A stretch of 63,334 bases of DNA, filler included. It is 22 parts of 22 records of this genome, joined end to end, with 100 filler letters (N's around TTAATTAATTAA, not from the genome) between each part and the next. Parts side by side here need not be neighbours in the genome. Positions count along the whole stretch, not along the records: positions 22,410 to 24,782 come from SRR16133337_106142; positions 24,883 to 27,477 come from SRR16133337_106689; positions 27,578 to 31,732 come from SRR16133337_106762; positions 31,833 to 35,695 come from SRR16133337_106778; positions 35,796 to 38,815 come from SRR16133337_106810; 17 more parts are not named here. One strand, written 5' to 3'. Of this stretch, positions 24,217 through 37,924 are shown in pieces; the stretch's first letter is position 1; each line of letters opens with the position of its first letter. A program made the position numbers and the translations under genes. The notes under the pieces are model-generated. The model searched no databases, had not been told where the DNA came from, and was given only the letters and a program-made list of their open reading frames with translations.

Positions 24217-26669
24217 TGACCTCTCTGCCCTTTCGTTTTTTTTCCCTCTAAATTGTACTACCCAACAACTTAAGTTCTGTATCTAATTAAAATGTATAAG
24301 AAATTCTGTAAAGTGTTTGTGTGTTACTTTGAATTCTATTTCTTATCTTTGTAAAAATCACTCTTGTTGAAAACAAAGTGAATGATTTTCATTTGTAAGT
24401 TAGAAGGATACTGTAATTAATATTTTCACTCCTTTCGAATTCATATGCATGTTGAATGCTGATTTTTGGAGTGAAATTTCACAAAGACGTACAATTTCAC
24501 TCAATACTGTACTCAAACAAAAAACCAACACAAATTTTCTTCGGGCACACGTTTCCACAATGCTTTTTCGCACTTGAAAGTGAAAACAAAATTCAAACGC
24601 CTCCATGCATTTCCACCCCACCCACCACACCGGTACCCCCCCTAGTTTTGCATTCGATCCCTCCTGCTCAGACACCGTGTACGCACAAATTTTCGAAAGT
24701 GAAAAACAAGATCAACCGAACTAGAGAAAATCTGAATTTCCCAAGTTTTTACCCGCATCCGCATATTTCAGGAACTGCTTTTNNNNNNNNNNNNNNNNNN
24801 NNNNNNNNNNNNNNNNNNNNNNNNNNTTAATTAATTAANNNNNNNNNNNNNNNNNNNNNNNNNNNNNNNNNNNNNNNNNNNNTCTCTTACTTCGTATTTA
24901 TGGATGTTTTCGAACTTGTTTTTCTTACACTTCTTCCCAAGAAGATTTTTGGTCTGAAGTGTTTTTTTTTTTAAATCATAGATCCTAAATTGACCATATA
25001 GGTTTAAACAATATTTCGACCATATAGGTTGACCTCATTTTAACCAAATAGGTTAATTTATAAAATAATAACTAAAAAATTTAATAATAATTTACTTAGC
25101 TTCACAATATACAATATATACAATTTAATTATAAAAAAATAGATACATTAAATATACATATAATAGCACATACATAGTAAAGCACAGATACAATATATAC
25201 TTATCTTAAAAAAATATTTATGTTATTGTTAACAAATTCGAGGATCGTGTGTGTCAGTCTGCTATCTCAGTGAGAACACACAGAGTTTTCTTATATTTGT
25301 TAACACATAAAATTACCCAAAGAAAGTATATCTCATATTTTAGTAAAAACTTAAAGCAAATAATGCAACAAAATGAAAGCTAATTATACTTGCAAATTGC
25401 AATAGACACTGTATTATATTCGTACATAGGAAACTTTAAATATCACCATTTAAACCTGTTTTTCAGATATTAAATTACCATTAATAAATCACTGCACGCA
25501 CACGCAAATTGAAATGGTTATTTTATATCAAAAATTCTGTTTTAAGAACGATTTTTATTGTACACTAACAACAATTATATGATAACATTAATGTTACAAT
25601 TCTATACAGATTTCTTATTCTTTTTTGTCAATATTTTGTTCCTTAGGTACTTTTACAAGATACCAACTTTATAAAAAAAAATTGATAATCTAACTTTCTT
25701 CACTGAACAAATTCTGAGTAAATAATAAAGAGTGATAACTTTATTATCTTAAATTGTGTTAGCTATGTATATAATAATAATAATATTGCTCTTTTTTGTG
25801 CATTTTGACTTTTGAGATAGCTAGATTTTCATTTAGTTCTTTTTTTGATGATAATGTTGATATTATGTAATAGTTGCTTTGAATAATTATTTGATTTTAT
25901 GAATTTTTATATATGAATAAAAAATACATCATAACGATACTATATGATTACAATAAAAAAGGAGGTTTAAAAAATATCACGAGAGGCTTTACATTCTTAA
26001 GAAATAATCAATATTTTTCTGGTTTGTTTTAATATCAAAGATACTATCAGCAAAAAATGGAAAGATAAAATATAATTTCTATTGAAACAAAAACTATTTC
26101 TTTTAAAAAAATAACATGAATTTTCATTTTAATTAGCACTAACATTATCATATAAAGTAGTTATTTAAGCTGTAATAATAATGTACCTGCTAATATTTGT
26201 TTTTAAAAAACGCTTATTTGAAGAGATTTCTTTTAGTAATCTAAGAAGATGTAAGGGAAAGAAAGTTATATTTTTGTTACATTTTGTTCAGATTTGAAAC
26301 ATTTATAGATACTGCTTTCAGTTTTAATAAAGATTTCTTCCACATAAATCAACTGAATCTAAAGGCAAACAATATATGTACTTATTAATAAAGCCTAAAA
26401 CTTTAAAGTTTCCTTTTTTGTTTTGAAATTAAAGATCCAATAATTTGGAAGCACTACTTAATAATGAATCATAATGGCTGTGTAATTTACAATAAAATAA
26501 CGTATGTCTTAAAAGTATTAATAAAAAGATTAGAACTTGAAAATAAGGTACTTAGGAGAGGTTTATTTTTTGATAACATTATTTATTTTCATTCTTAAAA
26601 TTAACTTGAAAATAGAAATGGCAAACTTTCAAATTGGTGTTGTTGTTGTTAAAATTAGAACCTCAGCAA

Positions 26670-26830
26670 AACAGCTGTTGCAAGTGACGTCGCAACAGCT
26701 TGTGACAGTGAAATAACAGTAGTTGTTGTCACAATATTTGTTTTAGTGACGTCACAACAGCTCTTGTAAGAGATGACGTCACAACAGCTCTTGTCAGTAA
26801 AGTCACTACAGCTGTTGCCAATGACGTCAT
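26670..26830. repeat. Degenerate ~27-bp TGACGTCACAACAGCT repeats downstream of the SPS stop (likely 3' UTR)
   Basis: 4-5 related copies, several with the palindrome TGACGTCA; the only GC-richer patch in a very AT-rich region. Confidence 0.65.
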
Positions 26831-26985
26831 TTTAATTGTTGTCACTTTTTGTTTATTCTTGCGAAAATGCTCACTAGTAGTGTTGTTAACTTTTGGCGAC
26901 TTTTCTTTAGTTCTTATGAAATTTGTGATTGGCGTTGCTGGCGGCTCTTGTTTACTAGCAGCTCATCAAAAGTTGGCTGCTGAAT

Positions 26986-27433
26986 TTACCAGAGCTCTCC
27001 GTCCTTCTGTTTGGCAGGAACTTCAATTACTCTGTAAAGGAAAAAAAAAGTGAGTTTAGAAAATAATAATTTGGGTAGGTATTTATAATAACTACTACTC
27101 TATAAGTCAATTGAAAATGAAAGGAAAAAATAGGATTATTTTTTTTTCATTTAAAATAAAAATAAAAAGTTAAATAATAAATCTTTCATGTAACATTACT
27201 AAAAAGCTATAGAATGTTCATTGTTCACTTTAGTGTATAAGAATAAAATATTTTCATTAATAGGTCAAAAAAATTAGAAATCGATACTAAAGTACACTGT
27301 AAAAAGTACCTTCAAGTATTATTATCAGTTTAAGGAGAGAAATATTAACCTTATACCTGGGTTTATCAATGATTCTTGCAGTTCTATTTCCCTTCTCAAC
27401 GATTCCAATAATCCAAGCCTGGTAGCCCTCAAC
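26986..27433 (-). CDS. SelD: Selenophosphate synthetase (SPS/SEPHS), last two exons
   Basis: Exons 27433-27357 and 27031-26986 splice GT-AG in frame to [40 protein letters not shown]. This is the conserved metazoan SPS C-terminus and is absent from the ORF track. Confidence 0.92.
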
Positions 27434-30400
27434 CTATAATCAGTATGCATAGACAAATTATTAATAGACTGGAAGTGNNNNNNNNNNNNNNNNNNNNNNN
27501 NNNNNNNNNNNNNNNNNNNNNTTAATTAATTAANNNNNNNNNNNNNNNNNNNNNNNNNNNNNNNNNNNNNNNNNNNNAAAACACTCAATCTTCAACAAAA
27601 AATTTTCGTGTTTACGAATGAACGTCTACATGGTTTCAACAAAATATATATCCTTAGGAAATAAGAAATGTTTTTGTTTTTGACTGTTTTTGAAATGTGG
27701 TACACACTGTTCTTCTACAGACCCTTTGTTGTTTGAAAATTCAACATTTACTTTGTACTCCTTAGGAGGAGTTCGCTATTTTTCGTTTACCATTTTTTTT
27801 GCTTGTAAATATTCTGAAATTGTGTTTTGTTTGTGAATGTTTTGCAAGTCCAACATGTGTCTTTAATTTTTCAGGTTGCTTGAAATTTAAGTGTTACTCG
27901 AAGGATCCCTTTTCCTCCTTCATATATAACATTTGTTGGAAATATTTTTTTTGAGTTTTGAAAGAGTCTGTTCAAAACATTTTTTTTATTCTTATAAAAT
28001 TCACATCGTGTGCAGTAAGTACTTTTCGCATGAAGTAAAATGAGTTAAAGGCGACAGGGTTCGGCGCGACGAAAAAGAAATACTCAATTTTTATTTTTGC
28101 AAATGAATCCCACTTTTAAATTCACGGAATGCCTTGTTGTGGAGTAATAACAAAAAATTATATATAAAAAGAATTAAAATCTTTCATATTTGTCCGAAAG
28201 TTGAAATCATGAGAAAAGACAAAACGTTTTTGAACAAAATATCTTATTGATATTTGTACTTGAATTGTAAGTTGTTGGTGACTTTTAATTAATAAATTTT
28301 CAAGAAAACAAGAATATCAAAATATGAACAATTGCATGCTTGCATTTTGCATGTTTGAGTGTTTAAAAATCACACATGGAGTCAAACACGTTTTCTTCAG
28401 CTGTGAATGCTGTTTAAAGTAAGACATGTGGTTTTCCTGGCTTGTAATGTATGTGATGTAATTTAAATATACAAGCCACGTAAAACAGGAAGTAATTTCA
28501 TTTTTGCTTGTTGGTGATATCACTGAAATGTTTGTGTGGATTTTTGCAGTTTGTGATCTTTGACATATAAAATTCGATAAAGGTGTTTGGTTTTACTTTT
28601 TGCACGAAATCACAAACGTTACGCATGAAGAATGGTAAGATTTAGTAAAAGTAAAATTGAATGTTGTTTTTGTGAATCTGCTGTCCGATATCATGTACTG
28701 TCAAATTTATGTTGGATGAGCTGCTTTGGTACGAAAATCCGAATATAAAAATAACACAATTTTTGATATTTTCACATGTTCATTAAGAATGATATTTTGT
28801 AAGTGTCGCGAGTGAATGGAAATAGTATTAATGTTCAAAAGTTAGTTATGTGTGTACTCATTTGCGAGTTGAAAAGGAAAGTACATAGGTCCTTTTGTTC
28901 CAATAGAACGGAAAATTGGTTGAAAAATATATATCTTCTTGTATGTCTCATGCAAAACTTCAAACGGGGATGCAGTGTTGAGTTTTGTTTTAAATGCAAA
29001 TGTTTGTAACTCATCATAGTTTCTTTTTGCACAGTTGGAACGGCTGGTGATATATTTTGCATTCAATGAGGGGTTTGATTTCCAGAACATACGCATACTC
29101 GGTGAGGAAGATATTAGTGAGAAAATAAGCGACGCTTATGTTCAGTAGTTGAATTTAAGCGCTTTTGCTTTTCGTTTTTAAAACTCCGGGCGCCATTTTG
29201 CAAGAGACATTGTTTGCGAATATAGCTTTGTTTGCTAAAATTTCAGTAATTTATTTTTAAACGAACATCATATTCATTATAAAACAAGCAAAAGAAACAT
29301 TGCAATTTGTAAGTCAAACTTTGCATTTATGACATAGCGTTAGACTGGATTGTATTGAAAATTTGAGTATGGGGATTATGTCTGATTTTTCCTCGATCTT
29401 GTGTTTTTTTGGATATGGCTATTTTTTGATTAGTTATGTGTAGAATACTTGTAGAACAAGATCAACTATGTTAACTCTTTGAATTTGTAAACGAATTTTT
29501 TTTTCAATTAATTTGACAACATCGCATTTTGTATTGCAATTTGGATACACTTAAGTACAAAGAGCTGTATCATCACGACATATAATATTCGACTTGACAA
29601 AAAATATTTTACTCATAATGTAAACATTCATTTATTACAGCGAGCACATCTCATCGACGGAAATGATGGATACCAGACCACTTTCACGCCTGCGGACATT
29701 GAGTAATAATTCAAACAAATTGCAACAACGCAGTTGTAAAACATTTTGCTTCTTTGTAGACGACAAGCATATGTGTATGGTGGTAAATATGTGCTTATGT
29801 TTAAACATGTATCTATTTATTTGTTTTGTTGTTTTGTTTTGTTTTTTGAAGCGATAGAGTTTTTGTACAGACAAATTCATTTTTTGTTTACTGCTTTTGA
29901 TAAAATTCGCATGTTTTCGCAACTTAAATTTTCGTACGAAATTAAATTAGAATTTGATGTCGTTGTCAACAAGTAATACATACATACAGCTTGTTTCAAG
30001 CATGTTTCATGTATAGTTGTTGTAGTTTTCTGATAATACGAGCATTGTCTTGCACATAGAGGATTTTTATCCACTGATGTATATCCGACAATATGTTTTC
30101 TTAATGCTCACTTGTTATGTCTCTTGGATGAACTTTTGTTTTTGTGCACAACATTCTTGTTCTGTTAAGCATTTTTTCGTCAGTGTTTGATTCTTGTTCA
30201 GTTGCAGTTTTTTTCTATACTTTTTTTATACTGGGGGGAAAGTAAAAATGATCCGTGTAGTGTTTTCGGTGAATTGAGTTTCATAATTTTGCTATGGAAC
30301 TAATACAGTGAAAATGAACAAAGTTATCACATAAAAAAATATAAATTGTATGGCAGTCCAATGTGTTTAATTGTGCTGTATTTCTTGACGTACGCTTGCA

Positions 30401-30968
30401 ACATCAGATGTAGAATGTAACTAACTGAAACAAATGTGTCGCCAAAAGATTTTGCGCACGACCAAGTATTAAGTTTGGTGAACCTCAGGGGTGATTTAGT
30501 TTTTGGTAAATCAATTAAAATAACGAAATGGTTGCCGTTATGTATGATGTTGTTTTGAAGATGAATCTCGAATCTCTCATTCAAACAGTTTTTGTGTATT
30601 AGAACATTTGCGAGTTGACATATATTGTTTGGTACCTGAAATAACCATTGAATAGACAACAGTGGGTCCATGATTTATTAGGTTTTTCAGGAAATACAGA
30701 GAAGTGTTTCCGCTAGAGTCGTGGTTTTGAAGTAGCTTTTGTTTCATTATTTTTGTGCAAAGGTAAGTAATTCTAAGACATTTCTTTCCACATTTATAAT
30801 GTACAAGCGGCTTTTCATTTTATGCTAATGAGACTTGTTGATCTAAATATGAAAATGTCTTTCGCACACTTCTTGTACTTTATGCGCGAAGTCGTCGAAG
30901 TAAAAAATTTCTTTAAGTTTGATTTGTAATGTTTAATTTAGTAGACAGTTTCTGTCGAAGCTGTCGTG

Positions 30969-31732
30969 AGGGTGAAACTCTTGTTCAAACGAGATACTGC
31001 ACAGTGATTGTTGAAGATGTATCGCTCGGGTTTCTGCAAATTCGTAGAATCCTTAAAGAAAAAAGCAACACACATTCATTATTCCGCCTTGTGTACAGAA
31101 ATCGACCTTGCGTGACGATCACTGCTGAACGTCTGAACGAGGATGGTTCTTCTGGTGGAGCAATTAAGGAATTTCGAACTTTAGCTGACGTAAGTATATT
31201 ACGTAATAATAATTTTGGATTAGAATTATTTTCTTTAGATGTTTTCAGTGCAAGAGATTCAAATATTTTGGTTTTGTTTTTGGAATTTTATTTCACATTT
31301 TTCTGGTTTCTCAGTGTGAAATAATCACATTTCAAAATAAAGTCATTTACAGTGAGAATAAATTTTCTGGAATTTTTATGTTTGTCATGAATTGTTTGTT
31401 TTTAATACATGTTTTTTATTTCGAGAAATTAAGACTCTAAGGCTTCTGGTTTTACATATTTTGTTGCATTGTGTGTCCTTTTCTGATTGATGTTTTGTAG
31501 CTTCAAAGAAGTATAATGGGTGTTCATAAAATTTCGAAAGCCAGATTCCTTGCAATCGATGAAGACCCTATCAAATATATTTTTGTCGATACGTCTCTGC
31601 AGTATTGCATTGTGCACAAGGATTATGTTGATCCTGCAGAGTCCAAGTGCTGCAAAATTCGTCTAATTGGTGGTCGAATGTATTGTGCTCGTAAACCTTT
31701 CTTGATGATGTTTGATGGTGTTGATGATAATC
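30969..31732 (+). CDS. Exons of an unidentified eukaryotic gene
   Basis: Two open blocks joined by a GT-AG intron (...KEFRTLAD|gtaagt...tag|LQRSIMGVHK...). No recognisable domain; 5' boundary approximate. Confidence 0.4.
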
Positions 31733-32275
31733 NNNNNNNNNNNNNNNNNNNNNNNNNNNNNNNNNNNNNNNNNNNNTTAATTAATTAANNNNNNNNNNNN
31801 NNNNNNNNNNNNNNNNNNNNNNNNNNNNNNNNTTGCTTTTGAAAATCCTTAGACGGTCTCTTGCCTTGGCAAAAGCCTCTTGTTTAACCGGAAACTCCTG
31901 CATCCACATCACGTGCCAGCACAAATGATACAGAAAACACAATCGGGAATATACATAAGTAACATCGCAAAACATAGAAGAGAAACTAGTGGTTGAATCA
32001 AATTATGTTATTTCCTCAGTATTTTTATCTTCAATTTGTTTTCTGAAATATTTACTCGTGAAATGACGAAATTTTTATTTTAAGTGTGGATTAAAATGTC
32101 AACGTGTTTTCGATACATATTTTATATTTGCATGAATATGCTTATGTTTCTCCAGATTCATGAGAGTTTATGTACAGTCATGGAATAACTTGTTTTCTAT
32201 TTTTTCGCTGTTGGCAGCAACTGTAGTATATCATCAAGCATTGTACAATCAAAATTTTATTTATGTGTATTTTAG

Positions 32276-35200
32276 GGACAGGTGAATGATATTCTCTTTG
32301 GTTCTTTCACTAACGTTGCATTTTCAACTGGAGCGGCAGAAGTGAAATTAGAGCTGGAAGATCTCGTGCACGATTTGGAGAAGGACGAAGTAATCAATGT
32401 TGCTTGCCAAACTGCGAGAGCTCAGGTGAGTTTTTATAAAATATGAACTCTCATAACACGTTTTATTTCGAGCATATTTTCTTTGTATGTTGGGCTGTAA
32501 AGAAAACGTTTTTGTCTCACTCTCTAAAACCAACGAAACGCCAAAAGTATTAAAATCTCGGAGTAATATATGAGACCGCTTTGCTGCGACAAGATGTTCT
32601 TTCCGAACTTATTTTTTCTGTTCTTCATACCAAACATTTTTGAAAACGTGAGTTGTTTTATCGTGTCAATGTTGTGGGAATTGTTGATCGAACAAAGAAT
32701 TTTCTATGTATTTCCATCACATTCCGTGAAATTTATTTGAATCTGAAATCAGTTATACGAACGTTATTTGTATTCCAAAGCGTAAAATACAATACAGAAT
32801 CGTGTTGTGACAAACCGTACAAAGAACAGGACCTAACCCAGAACAAGACAGCTGTTTTTCTCAGATTTTGGAGCACCTGATTCGTAACCGAATAGTAAAA
32901 TATGTTTTCACCTAGAATTTTTTTAATTTCTAATGACAATAAAATGTCGTCGTATTTCCAACAAACATTGTGTTACGAAAAATTAATTTGATTGGAAATG
33001 AATGTTGTCAAAACGCCGTGTTGAAAAATATTTTTCTCCCCTGTTGCATTGAAATCAATGCATTTGTATTTTTGTTCTATTTTGATTGGAATGCAAAATA
33101 TTTTCTTTATGTAATAGCGCTCCAATGGTTCGCTTATCGGCATTCCTCACATTGAAGGATATGTCACTACTTCACATCAAAAACGTTGTACCAATCGACG
33201 AGATACTGGCGAGACAATTCAATTGCACGCTCTGAAAGTAACACCAAATGATCTCACTCTTTGTGGATTGGAAGGTCTATGTCGTCATTTATCTGTGCCA
33301 TACAAGGTAAAACTATTAGCAACTTGTCAACATTAGTTCTACATTTTACAGAACGAGCAAAACTACAAAAACTCTATATGCATTAGCTTCTTTAGAAACT
33401 AATTTTCGGAACTGAAAACCTGTACTGATACTGTTTTTCTTAAATTGTAAAATGTATCGCTTATCGAAAGACTTTCAAAGATAATGGATGTGAAAAAACA
33501 AAAGTCAACATTATATATTCATACGTTTTTATGGTGCTTGTTGACAAACAGTGGCAAGCGAGAGATATCTGCTTGATTAATCACCACAATCAACAAATCT
33601 CACAATTTCTCGAACAAGATAAGAAACTAAACTTTCAAAAGCTCCAGATTGAATATTGTGGATGGTGAAGTTGTGAGAGGGAACGGGACAGATCAATGTA
33701 TTTCAAAAATATTTGTGCGTTTCAGGAAGTGCAAAAAGGAGTAGGGAAAGAAGATCGAGAATGCATCATCAGTCTTTCAAATATCATGTGTGAAAACACA
33801 TCTTTTTTCTGGGCAATAAAAATTATGAATTTAAAAATCATAACAAACGGAAAATGAAAAAATATGAACGTTGTTGGAGTCGGTATCTGCCTGCAGCTTT
33901 AGGTTCATTTGAAGTATTTATTTTCATGCAATTATTTAACACTATTTTTTGCATGTTTTATTGCTTTATATCAGCGTTAATTTAAGCTGGTGTCTGTGAA
34001 ATGTTTTTTCTTTAGGAAGCTGACACTTTGGAAAACACACAGAAGTTATTGAAACAAGATCTCGACAAAGCAATTCATCAAGTCAATGAACGTAAGGCTA
34101 AAAATATTGTGTCATAAAAATATGATATGTCTTTGCACTGAAGCTACAGTTGTTTGTTCGAAATGATTCTATTCAATTTTTGAACCATTGTTTCTTCACA
34201 TTGTTTTGATGATAATGTACGTAATGGGAATTAAGTGTGGATGAGTGGTTTCAGAGAGTTACAAAAACATTGCCATTTGTTTAGAGGAAATTTATAAGTT
34301 GTTTTGTGTGCGACATTGTTTTGTTTCTAGAAGGGAATCTTCTGGCATATGGAGATGCACTTAACTTCAGAAAACTTGACGTTCAGATTCAAATCGTTCC
34401 TGGCGTTGACATTTCAACATGGATTCAAAACAAGTCGTTGAGAAAAAGCATCCAATACAACACACTCACTGAAATTGCTCCGACATTCACAAGAACTTTG
34501 CCGTTTCTTCACGGCGAACTCAGGTACTTGTTGTTGTCGTTGTAGTAAGATAATACAAGTTCCAGGAGTAACATTTGTTTGGAACCTTTCCCCACAAAAA
34601 CGTTTTATTTGAGACGTAGTTTTGATTGCTTAATGCAACATGTATTAAATGAATACAAACTGCAGAAGCAATTTATTTTTCAGGCGTTTTGTATAAAGTA
34701 AAAAAATTCATCACATTTTGCTAGAAATCAACTCTGTAATAGATGTTATAATTTTCCATTTTGTCAAATTTTAAGCATGTATTTCAAAAAAATATTGTTT
34801 GTTAAACACTTCCAAAATAACATCTCGGTGGTGGTGAATATTATTCTTTGTTTTTATTATTATTCTTGTGGTTGCAAATACATTTGTATTTTGCACTTCA
34901 GTTTCTACAAAATTGAACAGTCAATTTACTTTTGTGAGACTGACAATCGAATGTGAAGTGTTTGGCAGGAAATGAGAAAGTTTTGATGTGAATGTTTTTC
35001 TTTTCTCATCTCTCATGTGTCAGAATATTTGTGATTGCCTACAATTCACACATGTTAAAGTTTTTTAAACCATTTTAAATTGTACTTGAAACGATAACTT
35101 TCTTGTGTTTGTGTCAGTAGGAGTGCATCTTACAATGTAAGAGATTTCAAAACTGGTGCACCGAAAGATATTTCTCTCAGGCGCAAATGTAGTAATCACA

Positions 35201-35358
35201 TTCTTTATGTGTTGCAAGATGCGTCAATTGAAGATTACGACACAATGATTGATGCGATTTTAAACATGTGTGATCACGAACTTGGAAATCATGAAAACTG
35301 TGGAGAGAAGTGCCCAAAATGGGATAAAGTTCATGAGAATGAAAAATCATACAAAAGG
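32276..35358 (+). CDS. Multi-exon eukaryotic gene, possibly Mutator-like transposase-derived
   Basis: Five AG/GT-bounded open exons (about 32276-32425, 33118-33306, 34017-34091, 34331-34523, 35120-35358). The last has NH...AILNMCDHELGNHENCGEKC, resembling the His/Cys motif of Mutator-like transposases. Family call is weak. Confidence 0.35.
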
Positions 35359-36272
35359 TGTGAGTCCTCATGCAGGAGGAAAAATATTGAAAATTATACA
35401 AATTTTGTATTCCACACTGCTAACATATAACATTCGATTCCATTTCTGCATCGATTTTTGTTCAATTGTATGGAATGAAAAAAATTTGTTTTGTATGCCC
35501 CCATATTTTCATATTTTGTGACATTTAGATATTTTCGACAAAGTCTGAATGTTTTTTTTCTCATTCTCTTCACTTAATAAGTTTTTGTTTCACCTGGAAT
35601 GTGAAAGCAATACAATCGCCAGGATTTCTTTAGTTTCGTTAATTTGTTTTTACAACCTTGTATATTTATTTTCATTTACACAAAATACATGCAATNNNNN
35701 NNNNNNNNNNNNNNNNNNNNNNNNNNNNNNNNNNNNNNNTTAATTAATTAANNNNNNNNNNNNNNNNNNNNNNNNNNNNNNNNNNNNNNNNNNNNTTGGA
35801 AAACGAAGTTTCGCAATTTCACTTGTAATTTCGCAACAGTATGCTGCCTAAATTTCGCAAAATTTCTTTTTGCGTCCTGTGGATGATAGTGGACATTCTG
35901 TGAAATTTTGGTTGAATTCATTGACTTTTGAGTGAGAACAGGTTTTTTACTGAAACGTTTGGTTTAAAAATACATTAGACAGTCTCCTACCTTGATTCCA
36001 GTTGATATATCTCTTTTAGGTGTTTTGTACATTTCCTCTAAAACAACCGCCTTTTGATCATGAGGTACAAAGTTGAAACTTCGTACTCCATGGCACGTTT
36101 TTGCGCACATTTCCAATTTTTGGGTGACAGTGATTTGTGAATTATTTTTCCAAAAATTGGTTTTATGAAGGTAAAGTTCATTTATTTCAAATTGTTGAGT
36201 TTCTAGCTTATCTCTCAGGTGTGTATCGGTGCTGCAAATTCAATGGGGATTTCTGTTTTGGATACTCACACG

Positions 36273-36469
36273 TGAACTGATTTAGGAAGCGGCAAGCAGA
36301 AATGGCTGGCAATGCAACGCAGATTGAAGAGCCGAAACCCGAGCACCCGATGACTGATGAGGAGAGGAAGGAAGCCAGAATTGAGAGACGGAAGATTGAG
36401 GATGCGGAGAAGGAAGAGGAGAAGGAGGGTACAGAGAGACACAAGAGGAGCAAGCAGGAAAAGCGAAGG
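36273..36469 (+). repeat. Duplicated charged exon, copy 1
   Basis: Encodes MAGNATQIEEPKPEHPMTDEERKEARIERRKIEDAEK; paralogous to 37701-37840, including the upstream acceptor. Confidence 0.75.
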
Positions 36470-36863
36470 TAAGCAACATGACAGACTACAAAAAACACTG
36501 GAAATGTGTAAGGGAAACCCAATAAAACCCGACAAAAAACCCAAAAAATAGAGGTTGGAGTAACAAAAAGACGAAGAATAAATGAAACAACAGAAACAAC
36601 CAAACTTCTCACGAAAGCATTGTGTGGGGCATTACCGGATTTTTGATGCCTGGTTGTGACTTTTCCAAGCGGTGATTTTGCCAAGGGGCAACTTTTGCCA
36701 GGAGGCGTGATCTACGTGGGCTTTTGGCCACGGAGGGAGGGGGTGGAAGGAATTTTGCAATCCCAAAATACCTACTGTCTTCCAAAATTGTGGATTTTGG
36801 TGTTTTTCACCTCCCATAACTAAAATTTTGGACTTGGAAATATGACTTTTTGTGTTGAATATA

Positions 36864-37323
36864 CAGAGTTTTTCAGAGTAAAGTAGCACCCTCCATGGTA
36901 AAGTCCACCCCACACCCATGGTTTTTGAATAGTCAGCATGGGGGGAACTTTACTATGGGGGGAAAAGAAAATTTTTGTGCGGCAAATCCGCCCGAAGAAA
37001 AAATGACACATTTTAGCTAAAAATCTTGTTTTTAGAGGTCAAAATCGTATTTTTATGGGTAAAATCATGTATTTTTGCCTAAAAGTCTGATTTTTAAGTG
37101 CGATATCGGACTTTTTTTGAGTTAAAACCTTACATCGCAAAAAACATTGTTCAAAATCGCATACTAAAAACTACCTAAAAATAGGATTTTTAGGGCCAAA
37201 ATTTCTTAAAGTTCCCCCACCCCCTCCCCACCCACCCATGGTAAAGTCCTCCCATGGTTTTTGGGGGAAAACAGGTGTCCGTGGGTGGCTGGGTGGAGGG
37301 GGACTTTACTCTGATATGCTCTG
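36864..37323. mobile_element. 460-bp TA-flanked MITE
   Basis: TIRs CAGAGTTTTTCAGAGTAAAGT versus reverse-complemented CAGAGCATATCAGAGTAAAGT; TA on both flanks; internal CCATGGTAAAGTCC repeats. Confidence 0.75.
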
Positions 37324-37700
37324 TATAATTTTTAGTGCGATTTCTTGATTTTTAGTGTGTCATGTTGGACTTTGAGTGTTAAACATCGACTTCATGCAAT
37401 TTTCGGACTTAAAATGTGTTTTAGATATACATTTCAGAGTTTCACAATTTTCGGACTTTCTAAATATGATATTAGATTTTTTGCTCTAAAACGCACTCCA
37501 ACCTCCACTCCCTTCCAAAGTGAGGTAAAAATCTCGCTTGAAGGGAGGCAGTTAATGTCCGATGTAACCCGTACCTATACTTGGCACCATACTCTTCATT
37601 TTTGGATTACATGCAGAAACCCAGTTTTTTTCGGATTTTATTTAGCATTTGGATCTTGTGTAAATTGATTTTTTTGAGAAGTCACAGTAAGTAATACGTT

Positions 37701-37924
37701 TGAACTGATTTAGGAAGCAGCAAGGAATGGCTGGTAATGAAACGCAGATTAAACAACCGAAACACCTCGGCCACCGGATGACTGATGCGGAGAGAAAGCA
37801 GGCCAGGATTGAGAGACGAAGGATTGAGGATGCAGAGAAGAAAGGCAAGAAAAATGAGGAGAGAGCGGAAAAAAGGGAGGAAAAGAGACGACGAAAGCGA
37901 CAAAACAAGAAAGATCATGTGGAA
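37701..37924 (+). repeat. Duplicated charged exon, copy 2
   Basis: Encodes MAGNETQIKQPKHLGHRMTDAERKQARIERRRIEDAEK. Confidence 0.75.

Noticed and set aside
26880-26985. SECIS element after the SPS stop
   Set aside because: An ATGA is present on the minus strand, but I could not build a convincing GA quartet and apical AA stem by eye.
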